Position numbers and translations under genes: made by a program. 64,000 nt of DNA from NCBI GenBank assembly GCA_965228875.1, contig OZ245843.1, positions 2,648,616-2,712,615 of the forward strand, given 5' to 3'. The number at the start of each line of letters is the position of its first letter. Position 1 is the stretch's first letter. Positions 9,557-18,844 of this stretch are shown here, piece after piece. This DNA comes from Thalassobaculaceae bacterium (lineage in GTDB: Bacteria > Pseudomonadota > Alphaproteobacteria > Thalassobaculales > Thalassobaculaceae). Below the pieces are notes generated by a model that saw only the letters and a list, made by a program, of their open reading frames with translations, was not told the DNA's origin and did no database searches.

Positions 9557-10705
9557 CTACTGCCCGTATTTTCTGAAGTATCTAGCGGAATTGAATGGAG
9601 ATTCTGCGCCAAATAGAAATTTTTTATCAAAATACACCCTCCTCTCATCTAATGCCCTTGTGATTGGGCAATATATATTTTTTCTAAATTCCTCAATCAC
9701 TTCAATGGTATACAGATATCCTTCATTTTCAAACATCGAATGTATCCGATTCGGTATAGTTTTTATTGCGTAGTATAAAATCGGGTTGCTCCATTCTTGC
9801 GTTGCGTCCCTCGACGGCCTCAGCAAGGAAGCGATCTTGATCGGTTCTTCCGTGAGAATCTGTGACGCTATTTGGCTTCCCGTTTGAATGATAAGTTGCT
9901 CGAACACAGCACCAAGATGATCGGTGAGACAGTAGGTAGGCACAGCCTGCCCTCGTTTGGCCTCCCCCTTGGGAAAGGCTTGAATAACGATACCGCGTAC
10001 AAACCCGTCTTCACCAATAACTGGAGCTCCGCTGTCTCCCCCCTCGATCGCAAGGCTGACATTCACGAGGCAACGCAAATTTCGAGTCGTATTGGCTGGA
10101 TCACTTGCGAAAACCATTTTTCCCGGCTCCACAACCGGAACATTTGATGCACGAAAATAGGACTGAACCTCGACGCTCTGCGACTCTTCCGACCATTGAG
10201 TCATATAGAGTCTAAGATGCTGTAGATTCAGATCGCCTTGCCGGTCTTCAATCTGAAGGAGGAGGATGTCCTTGGCGTGTTCATACTCTTGCGGCGTAAG
10301 CGACCGGGTATCACCGTCATTCGATACCGCCCCCTCGACAACGCGGAGCACCTTAGCCCGCACGAAGTCCTGGTCGTGCTCGACTCCGGGAAAGCGCAGC
10401 GCAACACTATCGCCGATCAGGCTCCCGTCGCTTTCGTTCGCCTCTCTTCCCACATGCTTGGCTGTCAAGAGCAAGCCAGCCTTCGCATCGATGACGAACG
10501 CAGTTCCAATGTAATCGATTGCGCGTGGCGGACTTTCCCCTTCGAGGACTCGGTCGTGGTAGACTTGCGCCAGCGCCCGTTCAACGGTGGCCTTGTCGTA
10601 GTCAGGGCGAAACTCATTGTCTCGGCATTCGTACGCCGATCCTGGCGCCGCCATCACCAAACAGGTCCAGAGGACGAGACCGACCGCACACCCTATTCGG
10701 ATCAT
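9557..10705 (-). CDS. Exported trypsin-like serine protease (S1 family), low GC
   Basis: Signal peptide; catalytic triad motifs LLTAKHV (His), DILLLQI (Asp) and GGDSGAPV (Ser). Confidence 0.85.
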   Translation of the reverse strand: MIRIGCAVGLVLWTCLVMAAPGSAYECRDNEFRPDYDKATVERALAQVYHDRVLEGESPPRAIDYIGTAFVIDAKAGLLLTAKHVGREANESDGSLIGDSVALRFPGVEHDQDFVRAKVLRVVEGAVSNDGDTRSLTPQEYEHAKDILLLQIEDRQGDLNLQHLRLYMTQWSEESQSVEVQSYFRASNVPVVEPGKMVFASDPANTTRNLRCLVNVSLAIEGGDSGAPVIGEDGFVRGIVIQAFPKGEAKRGQAVPTYCLTDHLGAVFEQLIIQTGSQIASQILTEEPIKIASLLRPSRDATQEWSNPILYYAIKTIPNRIHSMFENEGYLYTIEVIEEFRKNIYCPITRALDERRVYFDKKFLFGAESPFNSARYFRKYGQ

Positions 10706-11286
10706 TTGAACGTCACCTTGATCGTCTGCACTTCACTGGACGATACCGATCCACCGGCTGCGATCTCAAACGGAGGGAACAACAGTTCAAGGCCACCGTC
10801 GACGCCCCTCACAAGAGCGAAGGCGAGAACGATCTCGATCAGATCCGCATCGAGCTTCGGTTTCCCCTCCCGGGCTACCTTGATCGCATCCAGAGCAGCG
10901 CGCAGAGCAGACGTCAATCCTGTGGTGATTGCGTCGGCCTGGCGAGCGCCCGAAGACGCTTCACGCGGCGGTGGAACCAGCTTCAACCGCACGGACGATG
11001 TCGCTTTGGATTCGCCGCTGCCGCCGACCGACACAACATACAGTGTAAAACCAGACCTTATTGTTCCGGTCGAAACCGTCTTGAGCGTCAATTCGACGCC
11101 TTCAAGCTCTGGCAGTCGATTGTCGTGGATCAGCTTCTGCGTGTCGCGGAGCGCTACCTGTACGCTCTTGATCATTGTGGAGAGTTTGATCCCTCCGCCC
11201 GCCGAGCCACCAGTCGCCAGCGCTTCTACCGGCAAGATGGCCAGAAGCACAACCAGCAAGACGCCTAGGAATCCCCTGGGTCGCAT
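10702..11286 (-). CDS. Exported protein with two tandem Trypco2-like (trypsin-co-occurring) domains
   Basis: Signal peptide; two repeats of helix + VEL/IEI strand + GG-rich hairpin + terminal strand (SSVRLKLVP; QTIKVTFK); ATGA overlap with the protease; RBS GAGGTGG before ATG 11286. Confidence 0.6.
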   Translation of the reverse strand: MRPRGFLGVLLVVLLAILPVEALATGGSAGGGIKLSTMIKSVQVALRDTQKLIHDNRLPELEGVELTLKTVSTGTIRSGFTLYVVSVGGSGESKATSSVRLKLVPPPREASSGARQADAITTGLTSALRAALDAIKVAREGKPKLDADLIEIVLAFALVRGVDGGLELLFPPFEIAAGGSVSSSEVQTIKVTFK

Positions 11287-11535
11287 CGTCCACCTCGCCC
11301 GAAACATCCAACAAGACATCAAAGATTTATCGATGATCCGCATTACAATTTGATCAAGCACAAACTCAAAAAAGGAAAACAATCAATTATAGAATATTCT
11401 CCTCTCTCTATCCAGAGCCTCGACGATCGCACCCCCCCCCCCCGCAAACCTCCCCCACGACATCCCCCGCCGCTTGGCGTATCCTCCCTGTCGACCGCGT
11501 GACCGCGAGCCCGCGACCGGCCCTCGGGGGGTGCC

Positions 11536-12696
11536 GTGCCTCTGCAGGATGTGACCATCGTCGACACCACGCTGCGCGAGGGTGAGCAGTTCGTGCGGGC
11601 CGACTTCTCGTCCGAGGCGAAGCTGGAGCTGGCCCGCGCGCTCTGCGGGTTCGGCGTGCGCTTCCTCGAGGTCACCTCCCCCGCGGCCAGTCCGCGTTCG
11701 CGCCGCGACGCCGAGCGGATCGCCGGTGCCGGGCTGCCGGCCACCGTCGCCGCCCATATCCGCTGCCACCGCGACGACGTCGACATCGCTCTCGATTCCG
11801 GGGTCGGGGCGCTGAACATGGTGATGGCGATCTCGCCGATCCTGCGCCGCGCCAGCCACGGCCGGGCGATCCCCGACGTGGTGCGCACCGCCGCCGAGAT
11901 CGGCGAGTACGTGCGCAGCCGCGCGCCGGACATCGTGCTGCGCTTCTCCAGTGAGGACGCGTTCCGCTGCCCGCTGAACGACCTGCTGAACGTCTACCTG
12001 CCGCTGTCGGAGCTGAAGCTGTTCGACCGGCTGGGCATCGCCGACACCACCGGGGCGGCGACGCCGGACCGGGTCGGCGAGGTGGTCGGCCTGGTGGCGC
12101 GGCTGACCGGGACGCCGGTGGAGTTCCACGGCCACAACGACATCGGCTGCGCCATCGCCAACGCTCACGCCGCCGCCGTCGCCGGCGCCGGCTACATCAA
12201 CACCACCGTGCTCGGCATCGGCGAGCGCAACGGCATCACCTCGCTGGAGGGGCTGATCGCGGTGCTCTACGCCGCCGATCCGCAGCGCACGCGCGCCGCC
12301 TACGACCTGCCCGCCCTGCCCGCGCTCTGCGCCCGCGTGGCCGCGCTCGCCGGGGTCGCGGTGCCGTTCAACGACGTGCTGGTCGGCGAGACCGCGTTCA
12401 GCCACAAGGCGGGCCTGCACACCAAGGCGGTCTACAACGACCCGCGCGCGTACGAGGCGCTGGACCCGGCCGATTTCGGCCTCGAGCGGCACGTGGCGAT
12501 CGGCCACCGGCTGACCGGCTGGAACGCCATCCGGGTGCGCTCGGAGGCGCTCGGCTACCGGCTGCCGCTGGCGGTGCTCAAGGACATCACCCGGCGGATC
12601 AAGGAGACCGGCGACGGCGGCGACCTCGCGGTCGAGCAGGTCGACGCCCTGATCGTCGCCGCGGCGGTCGAGGCCGGCTGCGCGGCCGAGGGGTAG
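11536..12696 (+). CDS. Homocitrate synthase-like enzyme (alpha-aminoadipate-pathway type, DRE-TIM family)
   Basis: DTTLREGEQF, HIRCH, RFSSEDAFR, FHGHNDIGCAIAN, GIGERNGI, HKAGLH and RLTGWNAI; no C-terminal LeuA regulatory domain. Confidence 0.8.
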   Translation: MPLQDVTIVDTTLREGEQFVRADFSSEAKLELARALCGFGVRFLEVTSPAASPRSRRDAERIAGAGLPATVAAHIRCHRDDVDIALDSGVGALNMVMAISPILRRASHGRAIPDVVRTAAEIGEYVRSRAPDIVLRFSSEDAFRCPLNDLLNVYLPLSELKLFDRLGIADTTGAATPDRVGEVVGLVARLTGTPVEFHGHNDIGCAIANAHAAAVAGAGYINTTVLGIGERNGITSLEGLIAVLYAADPQRTRAAYDLPALPALCARVAALAGVAVPFNDVLVGETAFSHKAGLHTKAVYNDPRAYEALDPADFGLERHVAIGHRLTGWNAIRVRSEALGYRLPLAVLKDITRRIKETGDGGDLAVEQVDALIVAAAVEAGCAAEG

Positions 12697-12733
12697 ACCG
12701 CGGCGATTGGAGCGCCGGACCGGACCGCCCCCG

Positions 12734-15145
12734 TCAGGCCGACGCGTTCTCCCGCATGGCGAAGGTGGCCAGCCCATACAGCAGGGCGAAGCCGGCATAG
12801 GCGATGCCGAGCGCCGCCAGCGCCGCCGGATTGTCCGATGCCGCCACCAGGATCAGGCCGACCAGCGCCGGGCCGGAGATGTGGCCGATCCGCTCGAGGA
12901 TCCGGTAGACGGCGATGGTGCGGTCGCGACCGACCGCGCCCGCCGCACCGCCGGCCGCCACCCGGGCGATGATGGGAGCGGCGATCAGCCCCTGCCCGGC
13001 ACCCAGAAGCCCGACCGACAGGGCGATCGCGGCGCCGGTGGCAATGGGCACCGGCACGCCCGCCAGGCCGTCCTGCGCGCTTGCCGCCAGACCGGCCAGC
13101 CAGCCCGGCACCAGCGCCGAGGGGACGCCGTCGCCGGCGCCGGTGATCAGGCCGAGTCCGGCCATGCCGAGGGCCAGCGCCACCATGCCGGCCACCAGCG
13201 CCCGGTCGGTCGAGCCGAACAGCGCGACCAGACGCGGCGCGACCGCCGTCACCAGATAGGTGACGATGGCGAACACCATCAGCGCCTGTCCGACCTCGTC
13301 GTCGCCGTAGCCGGCGCGGTGCAGCACCAGCGGCATGGCGAAGATCGCCACCCCGGCCAGGGCGAATTTCGACGTCACCCCGATCATCGTCAGCAGGGCC
13401 AGGAAGTCGGGGAAGACCAGGACCCGACGCAGGTCGCCGAGGAGCCGGACCGGCTGCGGGTCGTGTTCCTTGACCAGGGACGGCAGGGCGAGGCGGCTGT
13501 AGACCACCGCCAGCAGCGCCACCAGACCGGCCACGGCGATGAAGTCGGTGTCGTCCATGAACACCGCGACCAGACCGCCGATGCCGGTGCCGACGATCAG
13601 CCCGCCGTTGTAGCCGAGCACCTGCGCCGCCGCCGCCTTCACCCGCTGTTCGGGCGCGACGATCTCGAAGGCGTAGGCCTGCACGGTGATGAGCAGCAGG
13701 CCTTGGCCGATGCCGCCGAGCGCCCGGCCGACGCAGAGCGCCCAGAACGTGTCGACCAGCCCGACCAGGAACAGTCCGGCGGCGACGGCCGCGCCGCCCC
13801 CCATGAACAGGGTGCGCAGGTTGATCCGCTCGGTCATGAACGAGGCGGGCACGAGCGCGCCCGTCAGGCCGATGAAGAACAGGCTGAACGGCAGCGACAC
13901 CATGCCGGACGGCAGGCCCTCGACGACCACCCGTTCGTGGCTCAGTTCCGGCAGGACCGAGAGGACCAGGGAATCCGCGAGGATGCCGAGGAAATACGCC
14001 GGTTGCAGCACCGCCAGCCCCGCCTCGCCCCGCGGCCGGTCGCCGGCGGCCGCCAGCGACTGCGACCGCACCGCGCGGAAGAAGATCATCGAGAACAGCA
14101 TGCAGCCGAAGAACAGCGCGACGAAGTTGCGGGCGCCGGCGCCCAGCGCCTCGACCACCACCGACAGCGGCAGTTCCGCCGTCAGGGTCAGCTCGCTCTC
14201 GGGATCGACCGGCTGGGAGAACGCCAGGGTGCCGTCGCCGGCATGGGCCGCCTCGCGGTCCGCCTCGGCCAGGCGGAACAGGACCGCCCCCTCGCGTTCC
14301 AGGGTGATGGCGGCGATCTGCGGGTTGATCCGGCGGTAGTCGGCCAGCGCATCCTCGATGCCGCTCAGCGCTTCGATCGGAATGCCGATCTCGGTCACCG
14401 CCGAGAGCCGCGCCGCCATCGACCGCGCCAGTCCCTCGGCCTGTCCCTCCGTCCCCTTGCGATAGAGGTCGAACATCACGGCGACCAGGACCGCCATCAT
14501 CAGCACCATGACGGTCACGAAGGCCGGCGTGACCCAGCGCCGCGCGGTCTCCCGGCCGCGCCCCGCCAGTCCCGTCTCGACCGCCGCGAACAGCAGGAAC
14601 AGGACGCCGGCGGCCGCGAAGACCGGTAGGAAGGCCGAACCGACCTCGGTCCGCAGCGTGGCCTCATCCACATACAGCAGCAGGTCGCCGACCGTGCCGA
14701 ACTTGTCCTCGACCGGCAACCGCAGGATCCGGCCGCCGCCGGTCTCGGCGATGGTTCCGTCCTGAAGCCCCCGGTGACCGTGGAACGCGCCGGCCTCAGT
14801 CTTCAGCTTTGCCGTACACCCGTCGCCGGCATCGGCGCCGCGAAGGGCAAGACAGGCCACCGCTCCCTCGCCGCCGGCACTGACGACGGCGACGGTGTGG
14901 ATCGACTCGTCGACGCCGCCGAGTTGGCGGGCCCGGCGCTCGAAACCGCTGAACTGGTCGAGCGGAAGACCGCTCTGGGCGAAATAGTTGAGCGAATGCT
15001 GCAGGGTGGCACCGAGTTGGATCACCCTCTGGATCCGCATCTCGGTATAGACGCGCGTCGCCTCGCCGAAGCCGACATAGGCGAACATCAGCAGGCTCAG
15101 CCCCACCAGCGTGACGCCGGGCAGGATGCCGACCAGACGCTTCAT
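12734..15145 (-). CDS. MFS transporter fused to an N-terminal membrane/periplasmic sensor-like region
   Basis: 803 aa; the C-terminal ~400 aa contain about 12 hydrophobic helices with GRALGGIGQG; the N-terminal half has two TM-flanked extracytoplasmic segments. Confidence 0.8.
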   Translation of the reverse strand: MKRLVGILPGVTLVGLSLLMFAYVGFGEATRVYTEMRIQRVIQLGATLQHSLNYFAQSGLPLDQFSGFERRARQLGGVDESIHTVAVVSAGGEGAVACLALRGADAGDGCTAKLKTEAGAFHGHRGLQDGTIAETGGGRILRLPVEDKFGTVGDLLLYVDEATLRTEVGSAFLPVFAAAGVLFLLFAAVETGLAGRGRETARRWVTPAFVTVMVLMMAVLVAVMFDLYRKGTEGQAEGLARSMAARLSAVTEIGIPIEALSGIEDALADYRRINPQIAAITLEREGAVLFRLAEADREAAHAGDGTLAFSQPVDPESELTLTAELPLSVVVEALGAGARNFVALFFGCMLFSMIFFRAVRSQSLAAAGDRPRGEAGLAVLQPAYFLGILADSLVLSVLPELSHERVVVEGLPSGMVSLPFSLFFIGLTGALVPASFMTERINLRTLFMGGGAAVAAGLFLVGLVDTFWALCVGRALGGIGQGLLLITVQAYAFEIVAPEQRVKAAAAQVLGYNGGLIVGTGIGGLVAVFMDDTDFIAVAGLVALLAVVYSRLALPSLVKEHDPQPVRLLGDLRRVLVFPDFLALLTMIGVTSKFALAGVAIFAMPLVLHRAGYGDDEVGQALMVFAIVTYLVTAVAPRLVALFGSTDRALVAGMVALALGMAGLGLITGAGDGVPSALVPGWLAGLAASAQDGLAGVPVPIATGAAIALSVGLLGAGQGLIAAPIIARVAAGGAAGAVGRDRTIAVYRILERIGHISGPALVGLILVAASDNPAALAALGIAYAGFALLYGLATFAMRENASA

Positions 15146-15195
15146 ACCGATCTCCGCCCGTCAGTCACCCCGGCATGCCGGGCAATGCACCGCAC

Positions 15196-16311
15196 TCAGC
15201 CGTCCTTCTTCGGCGCGGTGGCAGCCTGGTGCGAGTCGCTCGGGAAATCATTGAGTTTCGGCTCGATCTCGCGCTGGATCCGGCGCAGATCGCGGACGTG
15301 CCGGGCGTTGTTGCCGTCGTCGAGTTCGACCGCCCGGCGCAGCAGGTCGGCCGCCTTCACCTTGTTGCCGTACTCGGCGAGATGCATCCCGTAGGCGTGA
15401 ACGATACGCGGGAAGTCAGGAGACATGCGGTAAGCCTCCTCGTACTTCTTCGTCGCCTCCTTGATCTTGCCCTGCGCCATCAGCGATTTCGCCCAATAGA
15501 CGATCGCCTCCGGGTAGTGCGGGTCGATCTCCAGTGTCTTCTTGAAGCGGCCGATCGCCTCGTCGTGCATGCCCATCTTCGCCAGCGACTCGCCCCAGCG
15601 CATCATCGGGCGCGGAAACGTCGGGTCCAGCGCCAACGCCTGCCGGTTCTTCATGATCGAGCCTTCGAGATCACCCTCGAAGAACAGGACGTGCGCCCAC
15701 AGGGCGTAGACCCAGGGCAGGTTGCGGCGCGGCGCATGGACCAGCGCGTGGTCGATCGAATTCTTGGTCAGGGTGAATTCGCCCGTCGGGATCTCGTGGC
15801 GGAAGTGGTAGACCGCGATGAGGTAGGGATCGAGTTCCCCCAACAGGGCGATCGCCGCCTCGCGCAGCAGGCCATCGACGTCGTCCTTGCTGCCCCGCTT
15901 CTCCACGATGAAGTGCCAGTACTCGGCGGACTGGCCGCGCACCCGAAGGATCAGTTCGTCGCCATCCTCGACGAACTCCCCGGAGAACGAATACGGCAGG
16001 AAGCCGAGAGCGACCTGGGTCGCGCGGATCGGCTGGGCCAGGCCAAACCAGTCGCTCAAGGCCTCGACCGACTTGGCCTGGGCGGTCTCCTCGGCGACGT
16101 AGGCACCGCGGTTCGTCCCCGCCTCGTCGCTGACCCGCGCGATGCTGTCCGACAGCATGGTGGTCGCCACCTCGGCGGAATAGCCCTGATCCTCCATGGA
16201 GGGCGGGACGGATATGTTCTGGATGACGATGGTGTCAGGACTGATGAAATAGGACACCGCGAAGAACGCGCCGACCGCCAACACCGGAATCGACAGAAGA
16301 TTATCCAGCAC
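15196..16311 (-). CDS. Membrane-anchored tetratricopeptide repeat protein
   Basis: N-terminal TM helix; C-terminal TPRs (ALALDP, LEIDPHYPEA, AYRMSPDF). Confidence 0.8.
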   Translation of the reverse strand: MLDNLLSIPVLAVGAFFAVSYFISPDTIVIQNISVPPSMEDQGYSAEVATTMLSDSIARVSDEAGTNRGAYVAEETAQAKSVEALSDWFGLAQPIRATQVALGFLPYSFSGEFVEDGDELILRVRGQSAEYWHFIVEKRGSKDDVDGLLREAAIALLGELDPYLIAVYHFRHEIPTGEFTLTKNSIDHALVHAPRRNLPWVYALWAHVLFFEGDLEGSIMKNRQALALDPTFPRPMMRWGESLAKMGMHDEAIGRFKKTLEIDPHYPEAIVYWAKSLMAQGKIKEATKKYEEAYRMSPDFPRIVHAYGMHLAEYGNKVKAADLLRRAVELDDGNNARHVRDLRRIQREIEPKLNDFPSDSHQAATAPKKDG

Positions 16312-16452
16312 CGCTACTACCCTCCATATCGCGAGCGCCGCGAGGATACCATTGCCCGGCCCTCCCGCGAACAGACCTCATCCACCCCGCCGGCCACGTG
16401 CCGGCCTCATCCGATCGTCCGGACCGCATCCGCGGCCCGGCGTCCCGTCCTC

Positions 16453-17631
16453 TCAAAAAACCCGCTGTCCGAACGCCACGACCTGGCGACCGTCGAGATC
16501 GTAGACGAAGGTCGACGATTCCAGGAACGAGAACGGAATCTTGATGCCGACCCGGTCCGCGATCAGGAAATTGATCGCCAGGTCCGGCGGCGACACCGTG
16601 CCGACCGGCAGCGTTCCCGGATCGGCCTCGCCGGTGACCACCCGGACCGCATAGACCGCCGACAGGGTCAGCGCGCTGGTCAGGTTCACGCCGATCGACA
16701 GCAGCGCCGACTCCTCGCCGGCACGCACGATGTCCGGCAGCATGGAGATCACCGGCAGCTTTCCGGCGTGGCGATTGATCTGGGCGATTCTCTCGTAGAC
16801 CGCGGTCGACCCCGTGACCAGTAGGAGGCTGCGCGCTCCGTCCGGGTCCAGCGCCCGCATCTCGGCGATCGCCTCGGGCAGCCTTGCGTCCAGTTCCTCG
16901 GCCGCCGAGCCGCGCCCCTGAACGGTGATGTGGACGATGTCGAGGCCTAGCGCGTCCGCCGCCCGAACAAGCGGATTCACCTGGGTGAGAACCGCGCTCG
17001 CGTTGTCTTCCGAATACAGCAGCCCGATGGTCGAGAGGCTGGGAATCATCCGCCGCAGATAGGCGACCAGGGTTCCGGTCTCTACGTTGATCGAGGTGTA
17101 GGCGATGTTGGTCCCGCTGCCGGCCGGATCGTCCAGGTGACCGGAGGCGATCGGATCCTTCGACGCGCTCGTCACCGCCGGAATCGTGTGGCCGCTGTGG
17201 TGTTCGCGCAGGAAGGTCGTGGCCGACGATCCGGCGGACATGATGAGATCGACCGGCTGGCCGTAGGCCCAGTGCAGGGCCTCCTGCGCCACGCTCTCGT
17301 CGCCGTCGTAGTACCAGATGTCGAACCGAGCCGGCACCTGACGGCGGGCGAAGACCTGCAGGATCGTGTTGACCGCCAGCGTATAGGCCTCGACGGAGCG
17401 GCTCGGGATCAGGATCATCACCCGCTTCGACGCGGCCCGGCCGGACGGAACGGCGACGTGGCGGGCGGTGTCGCCGCCATCGGTATCGACCTCATAGGCC
17501 GCCAGCGTCGCCGGGTCGTAGCTCAGCCAGTCCAGGACGGGCCGGTCGGCGGCCAGCGCCGCGGCGTTCGCCCCGGCGGCAAAGCCGAGGGCGAGAAAAA
17601 TCAGAAGTCGGGCGGCCAGTGTCGTCATCAT
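16453..17631 (-). CDS. ABC-type substrate-binding protein (ABC_sub_bind-like), no cognate ABC permease adjacent
   Basis: Signal peptide; GTNIAYTS, IGLLYS..N, GEADPGTLPVG and AINFLIADRVGIKIPFS motifs. Confidence 0.75.
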   Translation of the reverse strand: MMTTLAARLLIFLALGFAAGANAAALAADRPVLDWLSYDPATLAAYEVDTDGGDTARHVAVPSGRAASKRVMILIPSRSVEAYTLAVNTILQVFARRQVPARFDIWYYDGDESVAQEALHWAYGQPVDLIMSAGSSATTFLREHHSGHTIPAVTSASKDPIASGHLDDPAGSGTNIAYTSINVETGTLVAYLRRMIPSLSTIGLLYSEDNASAVLTQVNPLVRAADALGLDIVHITVQGRGSAAEELDARLPEAIAEMRALDPDGARSLLLVTGSTAVYERIAQINRHAGKLPVISMLPDIVRAGEESALLSIGVNLTSALTLSAVYAVRVVTGEADPGTLPVGTVSPPDLAINFLIADRVGIKIPFSFLESSTFVYDLDGRQVVAFGQRVF

Positions 17632-17645
17632 TCCGTCCGCCACCC

Positions 17646-18629
17646 TCAGTAGGGCGCGCCGCCTTCGACCGTCAGCCGGTGCATGACGCGCGCCTCGTCC
17701 GGCGGCGTGAACGTCGCCGAATGGATGATCGACGCATTGTCCCACGCGATCAGATCGCCCTTGCGCCACTTGAAGCGCAGCACCCGTTCGGGGGCCGTCG
17801 CATGGTCGCAGATCCGGCGCAGCAGCGGCAGGGCGTCGGCCTGCTCCATGCCCTCGATGCCGACCATCATCTCCTCGTTCAGATAGAGCGCCTTGCGTCC
17901 GGTCACCGGGTGGGTGCGCGCGATCGGGTGGGCCTGCTCGGGGACGGCATTGCTCTTCTTCTCGGTCGGCGACGGCGCCTCCGCCGCCGCTTCGGCCTCG
18001 CGCTTGCGTTTGAGGGCCTCGATCTCCGCCTTCTGCTCGGCACTCAGGTTGCGCTCTCCGGAGAACACGAACTCCTTGCGCTGATATCGGTGGATCGCGC
18101 GCCGGCCGTCGATCGCCGCCCTGGTCGCGTCGTCGAGCCGGTCGTACGCGTCGTACATGTCGGCGAACAGGGTGTCGCCGCCGCGCGCCGGCACCTCGAC
18201 CCCGTGCAGCAGGGTGACGCTGCTCGGCTTCTCGACGAACGTGCTGTCGCTATGCCAGTGCGTACCGGCCCCGTCGCGACCGATCGGCTTGCCGTCCTTG
18301 CGGACGTTGGACAGCACGTAGATCTGCGGGTGCTCCGGGTGATTGTAGGCGCTGATGAAGAACGGCTCGATCGGCCCGAAGACCTCGGCGAACCGGATGA
18401 AACCCTGTGGCGGGATGTCCTGGCCGCGGATCGCGATCACCTGATGACGGTAGAACAGAGCACGGACACGCTCGGCCTCCGCTGCGGTGAGATCGCGCGA
18501 CAGGTCGAGCCCGGTGATCTCCGCGCCGAGAAACGGCGACAGCGGCACCGCCCCGATCCCAGCCGGATCCGCGCCGGCGGGCACAGCACCGTCCGATACC
18601 GCCTCATTCCGAACCGCTTCGTTCCGCAT
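17646..18629 (-). CDS. TauD/TfdA-family Fe(II)/2-oxoglutarate dioxygenase
   Basis: GAEITGLDL, HWHSDSTF (HxD), GGDTLFAD, HPVTGRKALY, WDNASIIH and RVMHR; RBS before ATG 18629. Confidence 0.9.
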   Translation of the reverse strand: MRNEAVRNEAVSDGAVPAGADPAGIGAVPLSPFLGAEITGLDLSRDLTAAEAERVRALFYRHQVIAIRGQDIPPQGFIRFAEVFGPIEPFFISAYNHPEHPQIYVLSNVRKDGKPIGRDGAGTHWHSDSTFVEKPSSVTLLHGVEVPARGGDTLFADMYDAYDRLDDATRAAIDGRRAIHRYQRKEFVFSGERNLSAEQKAEIEALKRKREAEAAAEAPSPTEKKSNAVPEQAHPIARTHPVTGRKALYLNEEMMVGIEGMEQADALPLLRRICDHATAPERVLRFKWRKGDLIAWDNASIIHSATFTPPDEARVMHRLTVEGGAPY

Positions 18630-18844
18630 CGCCCACCTCCCGTATCGGCCGCCGGGAAACCGCACCGCGACCGCCGCGGCCGATTGCACCCTTCGGCCAG
18701 GAATGATTCTATGGCTTGCCCTTCGGACATCGCCCCAGCGGGGCCGCCCGTCGGGACAGTATCTAGCACGAACCCGGCCGCCGGGTCGCGGGGTCAAGTG
18801 ACTTCGCACGGCGAACGCCGCGCAACCCGCGCCCTGGAGCCGTC

